A stretch of 64,000 nt of DNA, taken from positions 384,001-448,000 of the forward strand of contig CAWBCT010000005.1 of the NCBI GenBank assembly GCA_963787445.1. Reading direction: 5' to 3'. This document shows, piece by piece, positions 1 to 11,325 of the stretch. Under the pieces are notes generated by a model. The model worked only from the letters and a program-made list of their open reading frames with translations, searched no databases and was not told where the DNA came from. Every line of letters begins with the position of its first letter. Positions within the stretch are counted from its first letter, which is position 1. Both the position numbers and the translations under genes were made by a program. Source of the stretch: an uncultured archaeon (lineage in GTDB: Archaea > Micrarchaeota > Micrarchaeia > Micrarchaeales > CABMGC01).

Positions 1-375
1 GTGGGGCACAGCATAGGCTGCCAGGCCATAATGCGTTACCTGGCCGGTATAAATGAAACAGTGGGTGGAATCGTTCTTGTGGCGGGTTGGATAACCCTGA
101 AGGATGAAGCGCTCAGCGAGGAGGAGTGGCTGGTTGCACAGCCCTGGTGCAGAACACCGATAGACTGGAAAAGAGTAAAGGGGAACAGCAAGCACATCAC
201 AGTAATACTGTCCAAGGATGACCCCTATGTCTCTCTGGACAATGCGAAGCTGTTTGAGGAACGCCTCGGGGCCAGGGTTCTGGTGCAGCCTGGCGCAGGG
301 CACTTCGAAAAAGTGGATGGTTTCTCAGAACTGCACGTGGCCCTCAACGAACTCATGAAGATGATTGAGAGATAG
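1..375 (+). CDS. alpha/beta hydrolase, RBBP9/YdeN-like (5' truncated by window edge)
   Basis: GHSIG nucleophile motif, DDPYV acid motif and GAGHF His motif. Confidence 0.85.
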   Translation: MGHSIGCQAIMRYLAGINETVGGIVLVAGWITLKDEALSEEEWLVAQPWCRTPIDWKRVKGNSKHITVILSKDDPYVSLDNAKLFEERLGARVLVQPGAGHFEKVDGFSELHVALNELMKMIER

Positions 376-1842
376 CTATTTTACGTCTATTTTCTGGAAA
401 AGGAAGCCCTGCTTGTTTACCTTCCCTTTGAACTCGGAGAATACGCAATCCCTGAGGTTTTGTGCGCCGGGCTCCAGGCCCAGCTGCACCGCGATCTTCT
501 CCGAAGTCTCCGGCATGAAGGGGCCGATCAGTATGCCGATTATCCTTATCGATTCAAGCAAATTGTAAAGTGCGTTTGAGAGTTCCTTGCCCTTCAGCGC
601 CCAGACCTTATTGTCGTTTATGTACTTGTTTGAGGCGCGGACCAGGTCCCAGATCTCACTCAGGGCATTGAATGTGTCAAGCGCCTCCATGTGGGCCCTG
701 ATGCTGCCCAACTTCAGACTCTTGTCGAGCTCCGGCTCTCCTTTTATCTGGCCGTCAAAACGCTCGGCCAGGGTAAGCACTCGGTAAACCAGGTTGCCCA
801 GATCGGCAACCAGCTCTCCATTTAATCTCGATATTAACGCTTTCTCGGAAAAGTCGCCATCCTCCCCGAAGGGCATCTCGCGCACCATGAAGTAGCGCAG
901 CGCGTCCGCGCCGTATTTTTTAGTTAGAACAGAGGGGTCTATCCCGTTGCCCAGAGACTTGCTCATCTTCTTGCCCTCGACTGTCCACCAGCCATGTGCA
1001 AACACGGTTTTGGGTACCTCTATGCCAGCAGACATGAGCATCGCGGGCCAGATCACAGTGTGAAACCAGTTTATCTCCTTGCCAACCACATGGACGTTTG
1101 CAGGCCAGAACTCTTTTGAGTTGCCTGCTGGCCAGCCAACCGCGGTCAGGTAGCCTATGAGCGCTTCTACCCAGACATAGATCGTATGTTTTGTATCGAT
1201 TGGGAACGGGATGCCCCACTTTATCGAGGTTCTGGTGATGCTGAGATCGTTGAGCCCCTCCTTCACCCGGTTCATCACCTCTTTTGAGCGCAGCTGCGGC
1301 GAGAGGAACGCGGGGTGTTTCTCGTAGTGCTCAAGGAGCCTGCCCTGGTACTTGCTTAGCCTGAAGAAGTAGGTCTCCTCCTTTATCTTCTTGACCGGCC
1401 TGCCGCAGATCGGGCACTTGCCGTCCGCGAGCTGGAGCTCGGTGATGAAGGTCTCGTCCGGCGTGCAGTACCATCCCTCGTACTCGCCCTTGTAGATGTC
1501 GCCGGCGTCGTAGATCTTCTTGATTACCTTTTTAACCACCTCCTCATGCAGCCCGTCGGTCGTCCTGATAAATTTGTCATCTGAAACCCCCAGAGCCTTC
1601 CACCGCTCCGTGAACTGGGCCACTATGCTGTCAGCGAACTGCTTTGGCGATAGATTTGCCTGCGCAGCCGCCTTCTCTATCTTCTCGCCGTGCTCATCGG
1701 TGCCGGTGACGAAAAAGACGTTGTCTCCGGAAAGGCGGTGCCACCTTGCCAGCACGTCGGACAGTATGATGGGATAGGCGCTGCCTATGTGCGGCCTGTC
1801 GTTTACGTAGAAAAGGGGGGTAGTAATATAGTAATTAGACAT
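376..1842 (-). CDS. metG: methionyl-tRNA synthetase, short bacterial-type lacking the C-terminal tRNA-binding domain
   Basis: YYITTP...HIGS, GTDEHG, KMSKS motifs; single Zn knuckle. Confidence 0.97.
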   Translation of the reverse strand: MSNYYITTPLFYVNDRPHIGSAYPIILSDVLARWHRLSGDNVFFVTGTDEHGEKIEKAAAQANLSPKQFADSIVAQFTERWKALGVSDDKFIRTTDGLHEEVVKKVIKKIYDAGDIYKGEYEGWYCTPDETFITELQLADGKCPICGRPVKKIKEETYFFRLSKYQGRLLEHYEKHPAFLSPQLRSKEVMNRVKEGLNDLSITRTSIKWGIPFPIDTKHTIYVWVEALIGYLTAVGWPAGNSKEFWPANVHVVGKEINWFHTVIWPAMLMSAGIEVPKTVFAHGWWTVEGKKMSKSLGNGIDPSVLTKKYGADALRYFMVREMPFGEDGDFSEKALISRLNGELVADLGNLVYRVLTLAERFDGQIKGEPELDKSLKLGSIRAHMEALDTFNALSEIWDLVRASNKYINDNKVWALKGKELSNALYNLLESIRIIGILIGPFMPETSEKIAVQLGLEPGAQNLRDCVFSEFKGKVNKQGFLFQKIDVK

Positions 1843-1918
1843 TGGCTCACCGGTACTTCCACTAAACTGTTTTCCTATAGATACTTTTTATGCGTTTGCA
1901 ACTATAATACTTGCGGAG

Positions 1919-3991
1919 GTGCTATTTGTGGACGAGATAGCTCAGAATGAGCTAAGCGACAGATTCAGGGAGTTCTTCAGCACCTACTGCGAAGAGCAGC
2001 TCAAGGACCTGTTCATAAAATATCCCAAGGAGCGCAGCCTGAACGTTGAGATAAAGCTTCTTCACAAGTTCGACACCGAGATGGCCGAACAGCTGCTCAA
2101 GAACCCGGACACGATGCTTCCCGCGGCAAACCTGGCGCTGACGAAGATGAATCCCAATCCAAATGCGGTAGAGCCGGTGTACGCGCGCTTCGGGGGCGTG
2201 GACATCGCCATGCCGCTCATCCAGGACGTCGGCTCCGAGTACATAGGCAAGCTTCTTACGCTTGATTCTTTAGTAGTAAAAAGGTCGGAGATCACTCCGC
2301 GCGTCAACATCGGCGTTTTCAAGTGCCTTTTCTGCGGCACGGTGCTAAAGCTCAAGATAGACCGCGAGAGCGTCATAGACGTCTGCCCGCAGTGCAAGAG
2401 GAGGGCGCTCAAGCAGGACAACGCCGAGTCGAAGTTCACGAACCTGCAGCGCATAGCCGTGCAAGACCCGCTTGAGAGATTGCGCGGAAACACACCGACT
2501 TGGCACCTGGAAGTATGGATGGAGGACGACCTGGTCAACACGGTCATACCCGGCGATCGCGTCGAGATAACAGGCGTACTGCGCATCAAGCCTAGGCGGA
2601 CTAACAAGGGAAAGGAGGACAAGCTGCTCTTCACCATGTTCTTCGATGCGATAGCGATAAAGGCGAAGCAGAAGGAGTTCGCGGAGATTGACATAAGCCA
2701 AGAGGAGGAGCAGGAGATAAGGAGGATTGCTTCGGACCCGGAGATATTCAACAATATCGCGAAGAGCATCGCCCCAAGCATCTGGGGGCACGATGAGATA
2801 AAGAGGGCTCTGGCGATGCAGCTGTTCGGCGGCACCGCCGAGAAGAGGCTTATTGACGGGGGAAGAATAAGGAGCGACATCCACATACTGCTCATTGGGG
2901 ACCCGGGCAGCGCGAAGACGAGATTGCTGCAGGCGGTCACGGAGATAGTTCCGAAGGGAATATACGTAAGCGGAAAGTCAACGAGCTCCGCAGGCCTCAC
3001 CGCTTCAGCAGAGAGGGATGAGTTTTCAGAGGGGGGTTGGACGCTTAAGGCCGGCGCCCTGGTTCTTGGTTCCGGCGGAGAAGTTTCGATTGATGAGTTC
3101 GATAAGATAAGCGATGATGATAAATCCGGACTGCTTGAAGCGCTTGAATCGCAGACGATCAGCGTCGCAAAGGCCGGAATAGTGGCACAGTTCAGCGCGA
3201 AGACCTCGGTTCTCGCAGCTGCAAACCCCAAGTACGGCCGCTTTGACGTGAATGCTTATCCGGCAGAGCAGTTCGACATCGCTCCGGCTTTGCTCTCCCG
3301 TTTCGACCTGATCTTCCCTATAAAGGACGTGCTTGACGAAGAGCTTGACAAGCAGATTGCCAGACACATACTCACCCAGCACGAGGCTGCGGGAAGGCAG
3401 GTCTCGGACATGGTGGTGACCGAACAGGTGCAGAAGCCGCCGCTCGACGGGGAGTTCCTCAGGAAATACGTTGCCTATGCGCGCAGGCACATAAAGCCCA
3501 GGCTCAGCAACGAGGCGAGCGCGAAGCTCCAGGAGTATTATGTTGAACTGCGGAAGCTCGGGATGAAGCAGGGCGCTGTGCCGATGACCCCGAGGCAGAT
3601 CGAGGGTCTTGTGAGGCTTGCGGAGGGCAGCGCGAAGTCGCGACTCTCGGACATTGTGGAAGTTCACGATGCGGAGCTGGGCATAGCGCTGTTCGAGCAC
3701 ATGCTCAACACCCTCGCGGTCGACAGGGGCGGGCGCAGGGACATAGACGCGATCCTCACGGGCATGCCCCGCGAGAAGGTGGACAAGGTAAACACGCTGA
3801 TGAACATTATAAAGACGCTCGACAAGGAGAACGGGAACGCCCAGGTTGTCCGCATCCTCGAAGAGGCCGAGAAGCAGGGCATCGACCGGGGGACCACCAC
3901 GAAGTACATAAACGAGATGGTGAACCGTGGAGACATCTACAGCCCCAAGTCAGGAATAATAAAAATAGTTAAGCGCGATGATGAAGGTTAG
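1919..3991 (+). CDS. mcm: MCM replicative helicase
   Basis: Zn finger, GDPGSAKT Walker A, IDEFDK Walker B, SRFD Arg finger, C-terminal WH. Confidence 0.98.
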   Translation: MLFVDEIAQNELSDRFREFFSTYCEEQLKDLFIKYPKERSLNVEIKLLHKFDTEMAEQLLKNPDTMLPAANLALTKMNPNPNAVEPVYARFGGVDIAMPLIQDVGSEYIGKLLTLDSLVVKRSEITPRVNIGVFKCLFCGTVLKLKIDRESVIDVCPQCKRRALKQDNAESKFTNLQRIAVQDPLERLRGNTPTWHLEVWMEDDLVNTVIPGDRVEITGVLRIKPRRTNKGKEDKLLFTMFFDAIAIKAKQKEFAEIDISQEEEQEIRRIASDPEIFNNIAKSIAPSIWGHDEIKRALAMQLFGGTAEKRLIDGGRIRSDIHILLIGDPGSAKTRLLQAVTEIVPKGIYVSGKSTSSAGLTASAERDEFSEGGWTLKAGALVLGSGGEVSIDEFDKISDDDKSGLLEALESQTISVAKAGIVAQFSAKTSVLAAANPKYGRFDVNAYPAEQFDIAPALLSRFDLIFPIKDVLDEELDKQIARHILTQHEAAGRQVSDMVVTEQVQKPPLDGEFLRKYVAYARRHIKPRLSNEASAKLQEYYVELRKLGMKQGAVPMTPRQIEGLVRLAEGSAKSRLSDIVEVHDAELGIALFEHMLNTLAVDRGGRRDIDAILTGMPREKVDKVNTLMNIIKTLDKENGNAQVVRILEEAEKQGIDRGTTTKYINEMVNRGDIYSPKSGIIKIVKRDDEG

Positions 3992-3999
3992 GTGCTGGG

Positions 4000-5073
4000 C
4001 TGGAACGCAGGATAGACAATAGGCAGTTCGTTGCGGTTCTCTCCCTATTCATGATAGCGCTCTTCGGCGGGATATTCCTTACGTACATCTCATTCCCATC
4101 GAGCACCGTCGGCCTGCTGACGCAGCAGGCGCAGCCTACGCAGAGCTCCACCTCGTTCCTACTGGTCTTCGTGGTGGAGATCGCGGTGATAGCCCTCATA
4201 CTCTTCAGTTTGAGGGGCTATTTCCACAGGGGGAAGAACGCGTTCTCGATCCTGGAGGCCTACATAATACTGTTCGGCTGCGGGTTCTTCTTTTTCTTCC
4301 TGCTCGGGAACCTGCTGACCTCCCTGAGCTTCTACGAGCTCATTGCGGTGTCGTTCGCTTGCGCGCTTGCAATACTTATCGCCAAGAGGAAGAAGGAGTG
4401 GAACACGCTTAGGTTCAGGAACCTGATAACGCTCGTGAGCAGCATCGGCGCCGGGATGTTCATCGGGATAAGCATAGGGGCAGAGTTTGGCGTGCTTGTG
4501 CTTTTTGCGATCCTCGGGCTCTTTGCGGTGTACGACTATCTTGCGGTCTTCGTGCTGAAGTTCATGATACCCCTTGCAAAGCAGGCATCGAACATGAACC
4601 TTGCCTTCATGATAGGCTCCTCGGAGATGGAGTTCAGGCCTTCCAAAGGCAAGAAGAACACGATAAAGAAGGAGGAGCTCGACCAGATAAAGTCGGGCTA
4701 TGTGAGAACCCTGATAAAGCAGGGCAACCTGCCGTCAGTTTCAAGCGTGATGCTCGGCAACGGGGACATAATGCTGCCCCTCGCGGTCGCATCCGGCGCC
4801 TACGTTTATACCGGAAACATCGGGCTTGCGATAATGATAGCGGTCGGGGCTGCCATGGGGCTCATCGCCACTTTCGGCGTGATCCGCAAGTATCTCATCG
4901 GGCTTCCCGCAATCCCTCCGCTGTTCGCGTTCGTCAGCCTGGCCCTCGCACTTTACGGCTTTGCCACGGGCTTCTTCAGCCTGCTGATGTCCGGTGCTTT
5001 TATTATCATAGGCGTATTCGCCCTAGTGGTAATGTACGTTACGATAATCAGGCAGGCTAAAAGCGCGAAGTAG
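4000..5073 (+). CDS. presenilin/signal peptide peptidase-like GxGD intramembrane aspartyl protease; start uncertain (CTG at 4000 or ATG at 4051)
   Basis: multi-TM protein with YD, LGNGD and LPAIP motifs. Confidence 0.88.
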   Translation: MERRIDNRQFVAVLSLFMIALFGGIFLTYISFPSSTVGLLTQQAQPTQSSTSFLLVFVVEIAVIALILFSLRGYFHRGKNAFSILEAYIILFGCGFFFFFLLGNLLTSLSFYELIAVSFACALAILIAKRKKEWNTLRFRNLITLVSSIGAGMFIGISIGAEFGVLVLFAILGLFAVYDYLAVFVLKFMIPLAKQASNMNLAFMIGSSEMEFRPSKGKKNTIKKEELDQIKSGYVRTLIKQGNLPSVSSVMLGNGDIMLPLAVASGAYVYTGNIGLAIMIAVGAAMGLIATFGVIRKYLIGLPAIPPLFAFVSLALALYGFATGFFSLLMSGAFIIIGVFALVVMYVTIIRQAKSAK

Positions 5074-5078
5074 ATTCT

Positions 5079-6428
5079 ATGGAATGGCTCTCGATAATAA
5101 AGGACTCGGACCCGGAGCTCTACGGCTACATGAAGGATGAGCTGGAGAGGCAGCGCACCTCGCTGGAGATGATCCCTTCCGAGAACTTCACGAGCGAGGC
5201 CGTGCTGCAGGCGATGGGAAGCATACTGACAAACAAGTACTCCGAAGGCTACCCTGGAAAGAGGTACTATGGAGGAAATGAGTTCATCGATAAGATAGAG
5301 AGGCTGGCAATAGCGCGCGCCAGGGAGGTGTTTGGCGTTGTGCATGTGAACGTGCAGCCCTATTCAGGGTCGCCGGCGAACCTGGCAGTTTATCTGGCGG
5401 TGTGCAAGCCAGGAGAGACGATAATGGGCCAGGCGCTCTACGATGGAGGGCATCTGACCCACGGGTCGCCGGCCAGCGCCACGGGCCAGATCTTCAGGAG
5501 CGTGCAGTATCACGTAAAGGCAGACGGATTGATTGATATTGAAGAGGTCAGGAGGCTTGCTCAGGAGAACAAGCCCAAGCTGATCTGGGTAGGCTTTACT
5601 GCCTATTCAAGGCCACTTCCATTCAAGGAATTTGCAGAGATAGCCGACAGTGTTGGAGCGTATCTCGCGGCTGACATCTCGCACATATCCGGATTGGTGG
5701 TAGGGGGCGCACATGAGAGTCCCGCCAAGTATGTTCACATAATTACAACTACGACTCACAAGACCCTAAGGGGACCGAGGGGGGCGATGATAATGGTAAC
5801 ACAGAAAGGAGTCCAGAAAGATCCTGAGCTACCATCAAAGATTGACAAGAGCATATTTCCTGGACTGCAGGGTGGTCCGCATGACCACCAGACCGCTGGA
5901 ATAGCAATCGCGCTTATGGAAGCGGCGAAGCCAGAGTTCAGGGAGTACGCGCGCCAGATTGTAGCAAATGCAAAGGCGCTGGCAGACGGCCTGATGAAGA
6001 ACGACCTGAAGGTCGTGACGGACGGTACGGATAACCACCTCATACTTGTTGATCTCTCAGGCATAGCTCCGGGAATGGGAGTGTTTGCGCAGGATGCGCT
6101 TGATGAAGCTGGAATAACAATGAACAAGAATACAGTTCCGGGCGAAAGGTCTTCACCATTCCATCCGAGCGGGTTGCGAATGGGCACTCCGGCATTGACG
6201 ACCAGAGGCATGAAAGAGAAGGAGATGGCGCTGATTGCAGAGTTCATAAGCCAGGCCATAGAACAGATAAAGGAGGAACGCTTGCCGACGGACAAGGAGA
6301 CGCGCATCGCTTATATGAAAGAGTTTAGGAAGAGGGTAGAAAGCAATTCAAAATTAAAGGAGATAAGAAAAGATGTTGCAGAATTGTGCGGACAGTTTCC
6401 GCTTTATCCTGAAATGCAGATGCTATGA
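5079..6428 (+). CDS. glyA: serine hydroxymethyltransferase (bacterial-type)
   Basis: PSENF, NKYSEGYPGKRYYGG, TTTTHKTLRGPRG PLP lysine motif. Confidence 0.98.
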   Translation: MEWLSIIKDSDPELYGYMKDELERQRTSLEMIPSENFTSEAVLQAMGSILTNKYSEGYPGKRYYGGNEFIDKIERLAIARAREVFGVVHVNVQPYSGSPANLAVYLAVCKPGETIMGQALYDGGHLTHGSPASATGQIFRSVQYHVKADGLIDIEEVRRLAQENKPKLIWVGFTAYSRPLPFKEFAEIADSVGAYLAADISHISGLVVGGAHESPAKYVHIITTTTHKTLRGPRGAMIMVTQKGVQKDPELPSKIDKSIFPGLQGGPHDHQTAGIAIALMEAAKPEFREYARQIVANAKALADGLMKNDLKVVTDGTDNHLILVDLSGIAPGMGVFAQDALDEAGITMNKNTVPGERSSPFHPSGLRMGTPALTTRGMKEKEMALIAEFISQAIEQIKEERLPTDKETRIAYMKEFRKRVESNSKLKEIRKDVAELCGQFPLYPEMQML

Positions 6429-6902
6429 GTCAATCCTCTCGTATTTCTTGTAAGTGAACTGGTCAAAGTCTCTGGTCTCTATCTCTTTCCATTGGTTAAG
6501 ATCAATTTTAGGGAAGATTATGTCGCCATCGTACTGTTTTTTCACCCAGGAAATTTGGAGGTACTTTGCCATCGGCAACATTTGTGTATACAGTTGGGCA
6601 CCGCCTATGCAATAGACCTTCTTTTTGTAAGTCGCGGCGAGTTTCAGGGCCTCTTCTACAGTCGCACATATAACTGCACCCTCCTGTAGCGGAAGGGTTC
6701 GGCTCACAATTATATTTACTCGGTCAGGTAGTGGTCTTGACTTGGGTGAGAGAGACAACCAGGTGTTTTTCCCCATGATAACTACGGTTCCTTTTGTAGA
6801 TTCCATGAAAAGTTTTGTGTCTTCAGGAATCCTCCAAGGGATGGAGAGACCTTTCCCGATTACGCGATCGTTGGTCATTGCTGCGATAATACTAATCTCC
6901 AT
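6423..6902 (-). CDS. folA: dihydrofolate reductase
   Basis: IIAAM..VIG..IPW, VIMGKNTW, RPLPDR, IGGAQLY. Confidence 0.95.
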   Translation of the reverse strand: MEISIIAAMTNDRVIGKGLSIPWRIPEDTKLFMESTKGTVVIMGKNTWLSLSPKSRPLPDRVNIIVSRTLPLQEGAVICATVEEALKLAATYKKKVYCIGGAQLYTQMLPMAKYLQISWVKKQYDGDIIFPKIDLNQWKEIETRDFDQFTYKKYERIDS

Positions 6903-6903
6903 A

Positions 6904-7776
6904 TCAAACAGCTATGTCGAACTTTATTGTAGGGTAGCTTTCATAATTCTCAATTTTCGTTGCCGTTGACTCCCACTTGAATATGTTTGTAAAGCTTTCT
7001 GTCCTAATTTGAGGTAATTTATACTTCGTTGGGTCTCTGCTGAGTTGTTCTTTCGCCCCATCAATGTGGTTTTCGTAGATGTGAACGTCTGCAAGAAAAC
7101 CAACTAGCTTTCCTTCTTTCAGATTCGCTTCCTTTGCCAAAAGATGGAGAAGAAGCGCGTAGCTTGCAATATTGAATGGTAATCCGAGCATTGTGTCGAC
7201 AGAACGCTGGTTCCACAAAAGATTGAGTTTGCCACCAATTACTGTGACCTGGAAGCAGTAATGGCAAGGTGGCAGGCCCATCTGGCCTATCTGTTGTGGG
7301 TTCCATGCAGACACGACCATCCTTCTGTCCATCGGGTCTGTTTTAAGTTTCTCGACTATTTTAGTAAGCTGATCAACACCTTTACCCTCATAGTTTGTGT
7401 CATAATTATCGTACTCCGCATTGAAGTGTCTCCATTGGAAGCCATAGATTGGGCCAAGGTCTGCTTCGGAAAGCATTCTCTTCTTTGATTCATCAGTGTG
7501 CCCATAGGGGGCCTTCTGTGGGTTTGCCCACTCATCCCAGATATGATTGTTGCGCTCCTGCAGCCAGCGTTTGTCTGTGAGTCCTTTGATGAAGAACTCA
7601 AGTTCGGAGGAGATGTTCTTGAACGGGACCTTTTTAGTTGTAAGAAGAGGGAAACCCTTTGCCATGTCGTGTTCAAAAAGTGCGCCAGCTATCGCGAGTG
7701 TTTTTACACCGGTGCGATTATCTTTCCATTCCCCTTCGGTGAGTATTCTGTTGACAATTTTAAGGTACTCCTCCAC
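6904..7776 (-). CDS. thyA: thymidylate synthase (ThyA, bacterial-type)
   Basis: RTG, FPLLTTK, LGPIYGFQWR, LPPCH, QRSVD, HIYENH. Confidence 0.97.
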   Translation of the reverse strand: MEEYLKIVNRILTEGEWKDNRTGVKTLAIAGALFEHDMAKGFPLLTTKKVPFKNISSELEFFIKGLTDKRWLQERNNHIWDEWANPQKAPYGHTDESKKRMLSEADLGPIYGFQWRHFNAEYDNYDTNYEGKGVDQLTKIVEKLKTDPMDRRMVVSAWNPQQIGQMGLPPCHYCFQVTVIGGKLNLLWNQRSVDTMLGLPFNIASYALLLHLLAKEANLKEGKLVGFLADVHIYENHIDGAKEQLSRDPTKYKLPQIRTESFTNIFKWESTATKIENYESYPTIKFDIAV

Positions 7777-7853
7777 AGAACCACTTTGAGATAGGTGTGC
7801 CTTAAAATATATTAAATGTAATCAGGCAGGCTTGTAGGAAGGTAATTTGGATT

Positions 7854-8954
7854 TTAGAATATACCAAATTTCTTCTTGTCCTTGCCTTCGTGGAGCTCCC
7901 TGAATCTCTTTATTGTTTCTTCTTCATCCCTTGAGAGCGACTTGGGAATATCCACTTTTATGGTCGCGATCAGGTCTCCCGAGCCGCTCGAGTTGAGATG
8001 CTTTATTCCCTCACCCCTTACTTTTACCTCCTCGTTCTGCTGCGTGCCCGGGCTGATCATCACGCTCTTGGGCCCTTTAAGGGTTGGGACGCTTATATTC
8101 CCCCCGAGTATGGTTGTGTAGAAGGGCACTTTCACCGAGACGTGGAGGTCGTCGCCATCCCTTTCAAACTCCCTGTCACTCTCGACCCCGATTTCAATAA
8201 ATAGGTCTCCCTGTCCGTTCTTTCCGAAGTCTCCCATGCCCTCAAGCCTGAGCCGCATCCCGTCCCTCACGCCGGCCGGTATTGAAACCTGAACTTTTTC
8301 GTTGGCGACCGAGCTGCCCTTGCCGGAACAGGTCCTGCACTTCTTCTCGTAGGTGCTTCCGGCTCCGCCGCAGTTGTTGCACACTGCCATGACCTGCATG
8401 CGGCCGAAGATTGTGTTGCTTATGGTGCGCACATTGCCGGCGCCCTTGCACTCCGAGCACTTTATCACCCTGGATCCGGGCTCTGCGCCCGAGCCGGCAC
8501 ACCTGCTGCACTTGCCTATGTGCTTTATCGAGACCTCCTTCTTTGCTCCGGTGGAGGCCTCCCTAAGGGTTATGTCCATATGGTAAAGGAGGCTCCGCCC
8601 GGTGTTTGCATCCTGGGCGCCGTACATGTTTCCGAATGGGCTGCCGCCTCCAAAGTTGAAGTTTACGCCCATCTCCCGAAGTATGTCGTTGATGTTTGAG
8701 CCTCTGAAGATGTCCTCCTGGCTGAACTGCTGGTTGAACGCGTCGGGGCCGTAGGCGTCGTACTTCTGGCGCTTCTCGGCGTCGCTCAATACCGCGTAGG
8801 CCTCGTTTACCTTTTTGAAATGCTCCTCACTTCCCTTCTCTTTGTTGCGATCAGGGTGCAGCTTCATCGCGAGGTCGCGGTACGCCTTCTTTATCTGGTC
8901 CTGGGTTGCCGATTTCGGAACTCCGAGAACTTGATAGTAGTCGTCCGCCATCAC
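7854..8954 (-). CDS. dnaJ: chaperone DnaJ
   Basis: J domain with HPD; four CxxCxGxG repeats. Confidence 0.97.
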   Translation of the reverse strand: MMADDYYQVLGVPKSATQDQIKKAYRDLAMKLHPDRNKEKGSEEHFKKVNEAYAVLSDAEKRQKYDAYGPDAFNQQFSQEDIFRGSNINDILREMGVNFNFGGGSPFGNMYGAQDANTGRSLLYHMDITLREASTGAKKEVSIKHIGKCSRCAGSGAEPGSRVIKCSECKGAGNVRTISNTIFGRMQVMAVCNNCGGAGSTYEKKCRTCSGKGSSVANEKVQVSIPAGVRDGMRLRLEGMGDFGKNGQGDLFIEIGVESDREFERDGDDLHVSVKVPFYTTILGGNISVPTLKGPKSVMISPGTQQNEEVKVRGEGIKHLNSSGSGDLIATIKVDIPKSLSRDEEETIKRFRELHEGKDKKKFGIF

Positions 8955-10798
8955 TTCTCTACCTTGAAGTCCGCGTTAACGGTGTCATCCCCTCCCGGCG
9001 AGCCAGGCCCTTCTGGGCCGGGGCCCTGCTGCGGACCCATCTCTGGCTCGTTGTCCTTGTACATGCCGGCGCCGATGCCCTTCAGCTCCTCCGTCAGCTT
9101 TTCCGAGAGCTCCTTTATCTTGGGGTCGTCCTCGGCCTTGAGGGCGTCCTTGAGCTCGGTGTTCAGCTTCTCGAACTTTTCCTTCACATCCTCGGCAATC
9201 TTCTCCTTGAACTCCTTCAGGCTCTTGTCGGTAGTGTAGGTCAGCGCCTCTGCCTCGTTCCTTGTCTGCACCCTCTCGAACTCGGCCTTGTCCTGGTCTG
9301 CGAACTGCTCCGCCTCCTTCATCTTCTTGTCTATGTCATCCCGCTTCATCTTGTTTGGCGCGAGCACCTGTATCTTCTGCTCCTTTCCGGTGCCCTTGTC
9401 TTTTGCCGTGACGTGCAGTATGCCGTTGGCGTCGATGTCGAAGGTGACCTCGATCTGGGGTATTCCCCTGGCCGCAGGCGGTATGCCGGTAAGCTGGAAG
9501 TGGCCCAGGCCTATGTTGTCCTTCGCCATCTTCCTCTCTCCCTGCAGGATGTTGATGTCGACTGCGGGCTGGTTGTCTGCCGCTGTGGAGAATACCTGCG
9601 ACTTCTTTATCGGGATTGTCGTGTTCCTCTCAATCAGGGTGGTTGTCACTCCGCCAAGGGTCTCAAGACCGAGCGAGAGCGGGGTAACATCAAGGAGCAC
9701 TATGTCCTTGACCTCTCCGGTCAGGACTCCTGCCTGGACTGCGGCACCGAATGCCACGGCTTCCATGGGGTCCACTCCGCGCTCTATCTTCTTTCCAAGA
9801 AGCTGCTCAACATACCTCTGCACTATCGGCATGCGGGTAGGCCCTCCCACCAGGATGACCCGGTCTATGTCCTTGGGCTCGAACTTTGCGTCCTTGAGCG
9901 CCTGCGTGACCGGGTTGGTCGTGCGCTTGATTATCGGGATTATGACGTCCTCCAGCTTCGCCCTCGTGAGCGGGTATGCGAAATTAACCGGCTTCCCGTC
10001 CTTGCCGACTGCAAGGAAGGGCAGGTTTATCTCCGAAGTGAGGGTCGTAGATAGCTCTATCTTAGCCTTCTCTGCCGCTTCCTTGAGTCGCTGCATGGCT
10101 TGGCTGTCTTTAGTGATGTCAACTCCAAGCTTGGATACCTCGCCAAGTAGAAACTCTGTGAGCATGCGGTCCATGTCTGTCCCGCCGAGCTGCGTGTCGC
10201 CGTTGGTTGACTTGACCTCAAAGACCCCGTTTCCGAACTCCATGATGGTTACGTCAAGGGTGCCGCCGCCAAGGTCGTAGACCATGATGCGCGTGTCCTT
10301 GTTGTTGCTCTTGTCAAGCCCGTAGGCCAGTGCCGCGGCGGTGGGCTCGTTCACGAGCCTTACAACTTCTAGCCCGGCAATCTCTCCCGCATCCTTCGTT
10401 GCCTGCCTCTGGTTGTCGTCAAAGTAGGCGGGTACGGTTATGACCGCCTTGGTCACCTCTTCGCCCAGGAATGCCTCTGCATCCTTCTTTATCTTCTGTA
10501 GCACCATGGCGGAGAGCTCCTGCGGGCTGTACTCCTTTCCGAATGCCTTGTACTTGAAGCTTGTCCCCATCTTTCTCTTGAACGCGCTCAGGGTTGCATC
10601 AGGATTTGCAACTCCCTGCCTCTTTGCAGGCTCGCCTATGAGCCTTTGCCCATCTTTTGTAAATGCAACATAACTTGGGAACGACTTTCCATAGAGCGAT
10701 GTTCCTTCAGCACTCGGTATAAGAACGGGTCTGCCTCCTTCTAGTACCGCTGCTGCGCTGTTCGATGTGCCTAAATCCACTCCGATTACTTTGCTCAT
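8951..10798 (-). CDS. dnaK: chaperone DnaK (Hsp70)
   Basis: [34 protein letters not shown]. Confidence 0.99.
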   Translation of the reverse strand: MSKVIGVDLGTSNSAAAVLEGGRPVLIPSAEGTSLYGKSFPSYVAFTKDGQRLIGEPAKRQGVANPDATLSAFKRKMGTSFKYKAFGKEYSPQELSAMVLQKIKKDAEAFLGEEVTKAVITVPAYFDDNQRQATKDAGEIAGLEVVRLVNEPTAAALAYGLDKSNNKDTRIMVYDLGGGTLDVTIMEFGNGVFEVKSTNGDTQLGGTDMDRMLTEFLLGEVSKLGVDITKDSQAMQRLKEAAEKAKIELSTTLTSEINLPFLAVGKDGKPVNFAYPLTRAKLEDVIIPIIKRTTNPVTQALKDAKFEPKDIDRVILVGGPTRMPIVQRYVEQLLGKKIERGVDPMEAVAFGAAVQAGVLTGEVKDIVLLDVTPLSLGLETLGGVTTTLIERNTTIPIKKSQVFSTAADNQPAVDINILQGERKMAKDNIGLGHFQLTGIPPAARGIPQIEVTFDIDANGILHVTAKDKGTGKEQKIQVLAPNKMKRDDIDKKMKEAEQFADQDKAEFERVQTRNEAEALTYTTDKSLKEFKEKIAEDVKEKFEKLNTELKDALKAEDDPKIKELSEKLTEELKGIGAGMYKDNEPEMGPQQGPGPEGPGSPGGDDTVNADFKVEK

Positions 10799-10809
10799 AT
10801 TTTCACCAT

Positions 10810-11325
10810 TTATTTTTCTTCATTGTTTTCTGTTTCGGCATGGCCCTTCGATACTATCACCGAAGCCGGCCTCAGCATTATTCCATTGAAAGTGTAACCC
10901 TTCCTTACGACGTCTATTATCGTCCCTTCCTTCTCATTTCCTTCTTTTGCCAGTATTATCTCGTGCTTGTAGGGATCAACAACCCCTTTTGCTGCAAGTT
11001 CCGTGAGCCCTTCCTTCTTGAGGGTGTCAACGAAGTTGGAAAACACAAGGGCGAGCCCTTTCTCCTTTTCCACCTTTATGTCAAGGGCGTCCAAGGCGAT
11101 TTCAAACTCGTCCAGTATCGGAAGCATTTTGAGCATCATCTCCGCCTTGCCCATCAGCTTTGCACCTTCGACCTCCCTCGTCGTGCGCTTCTTGTAATTG
11201 TCGAATTCCGCTGCAAGGCGCAGGAAGCGATCCTTTGTCTCTTCCTCTGGGCTTTGCTTCTGCTCCTTCTTTTCAGGAACATCTTCCTCTTGCCTGGGTT
11301 CATTTTCTTTCTTTTCTTCGGGCAT
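10810..11325 (-). CDS. grpE: nucleotide exchange factor GrpE
   Basis: [18 protein letters not shown]...LRPASV; lies in dnaK operon. Confidence 0.95.
   Translation of the reverse strand: MPEEKKENEPRQEEDVPEKKEQKQSPEEETKDRFLRLAAEFDNYKKRTTREVEGAKLMGKAEMMLKMLPILDEFEIALDALDIKVEKEKGLALVFSNFVDTLKKEGLTELAAKGVVDPYKHEIILAKEGNEKEGTIIDVVRKGYTFNGIMLRPASVIVSKGHAETENNEEK

Noticed and set aside
2062-10280. Long antisense or alternate-frame ORFs over mcm (2062-3231) and dnaK (8906-10054, 9288-10280)
   Set aside because: Shadow ORFs expected opposite GC3-rich genes; no motifs, and they fully overlap confident genes.
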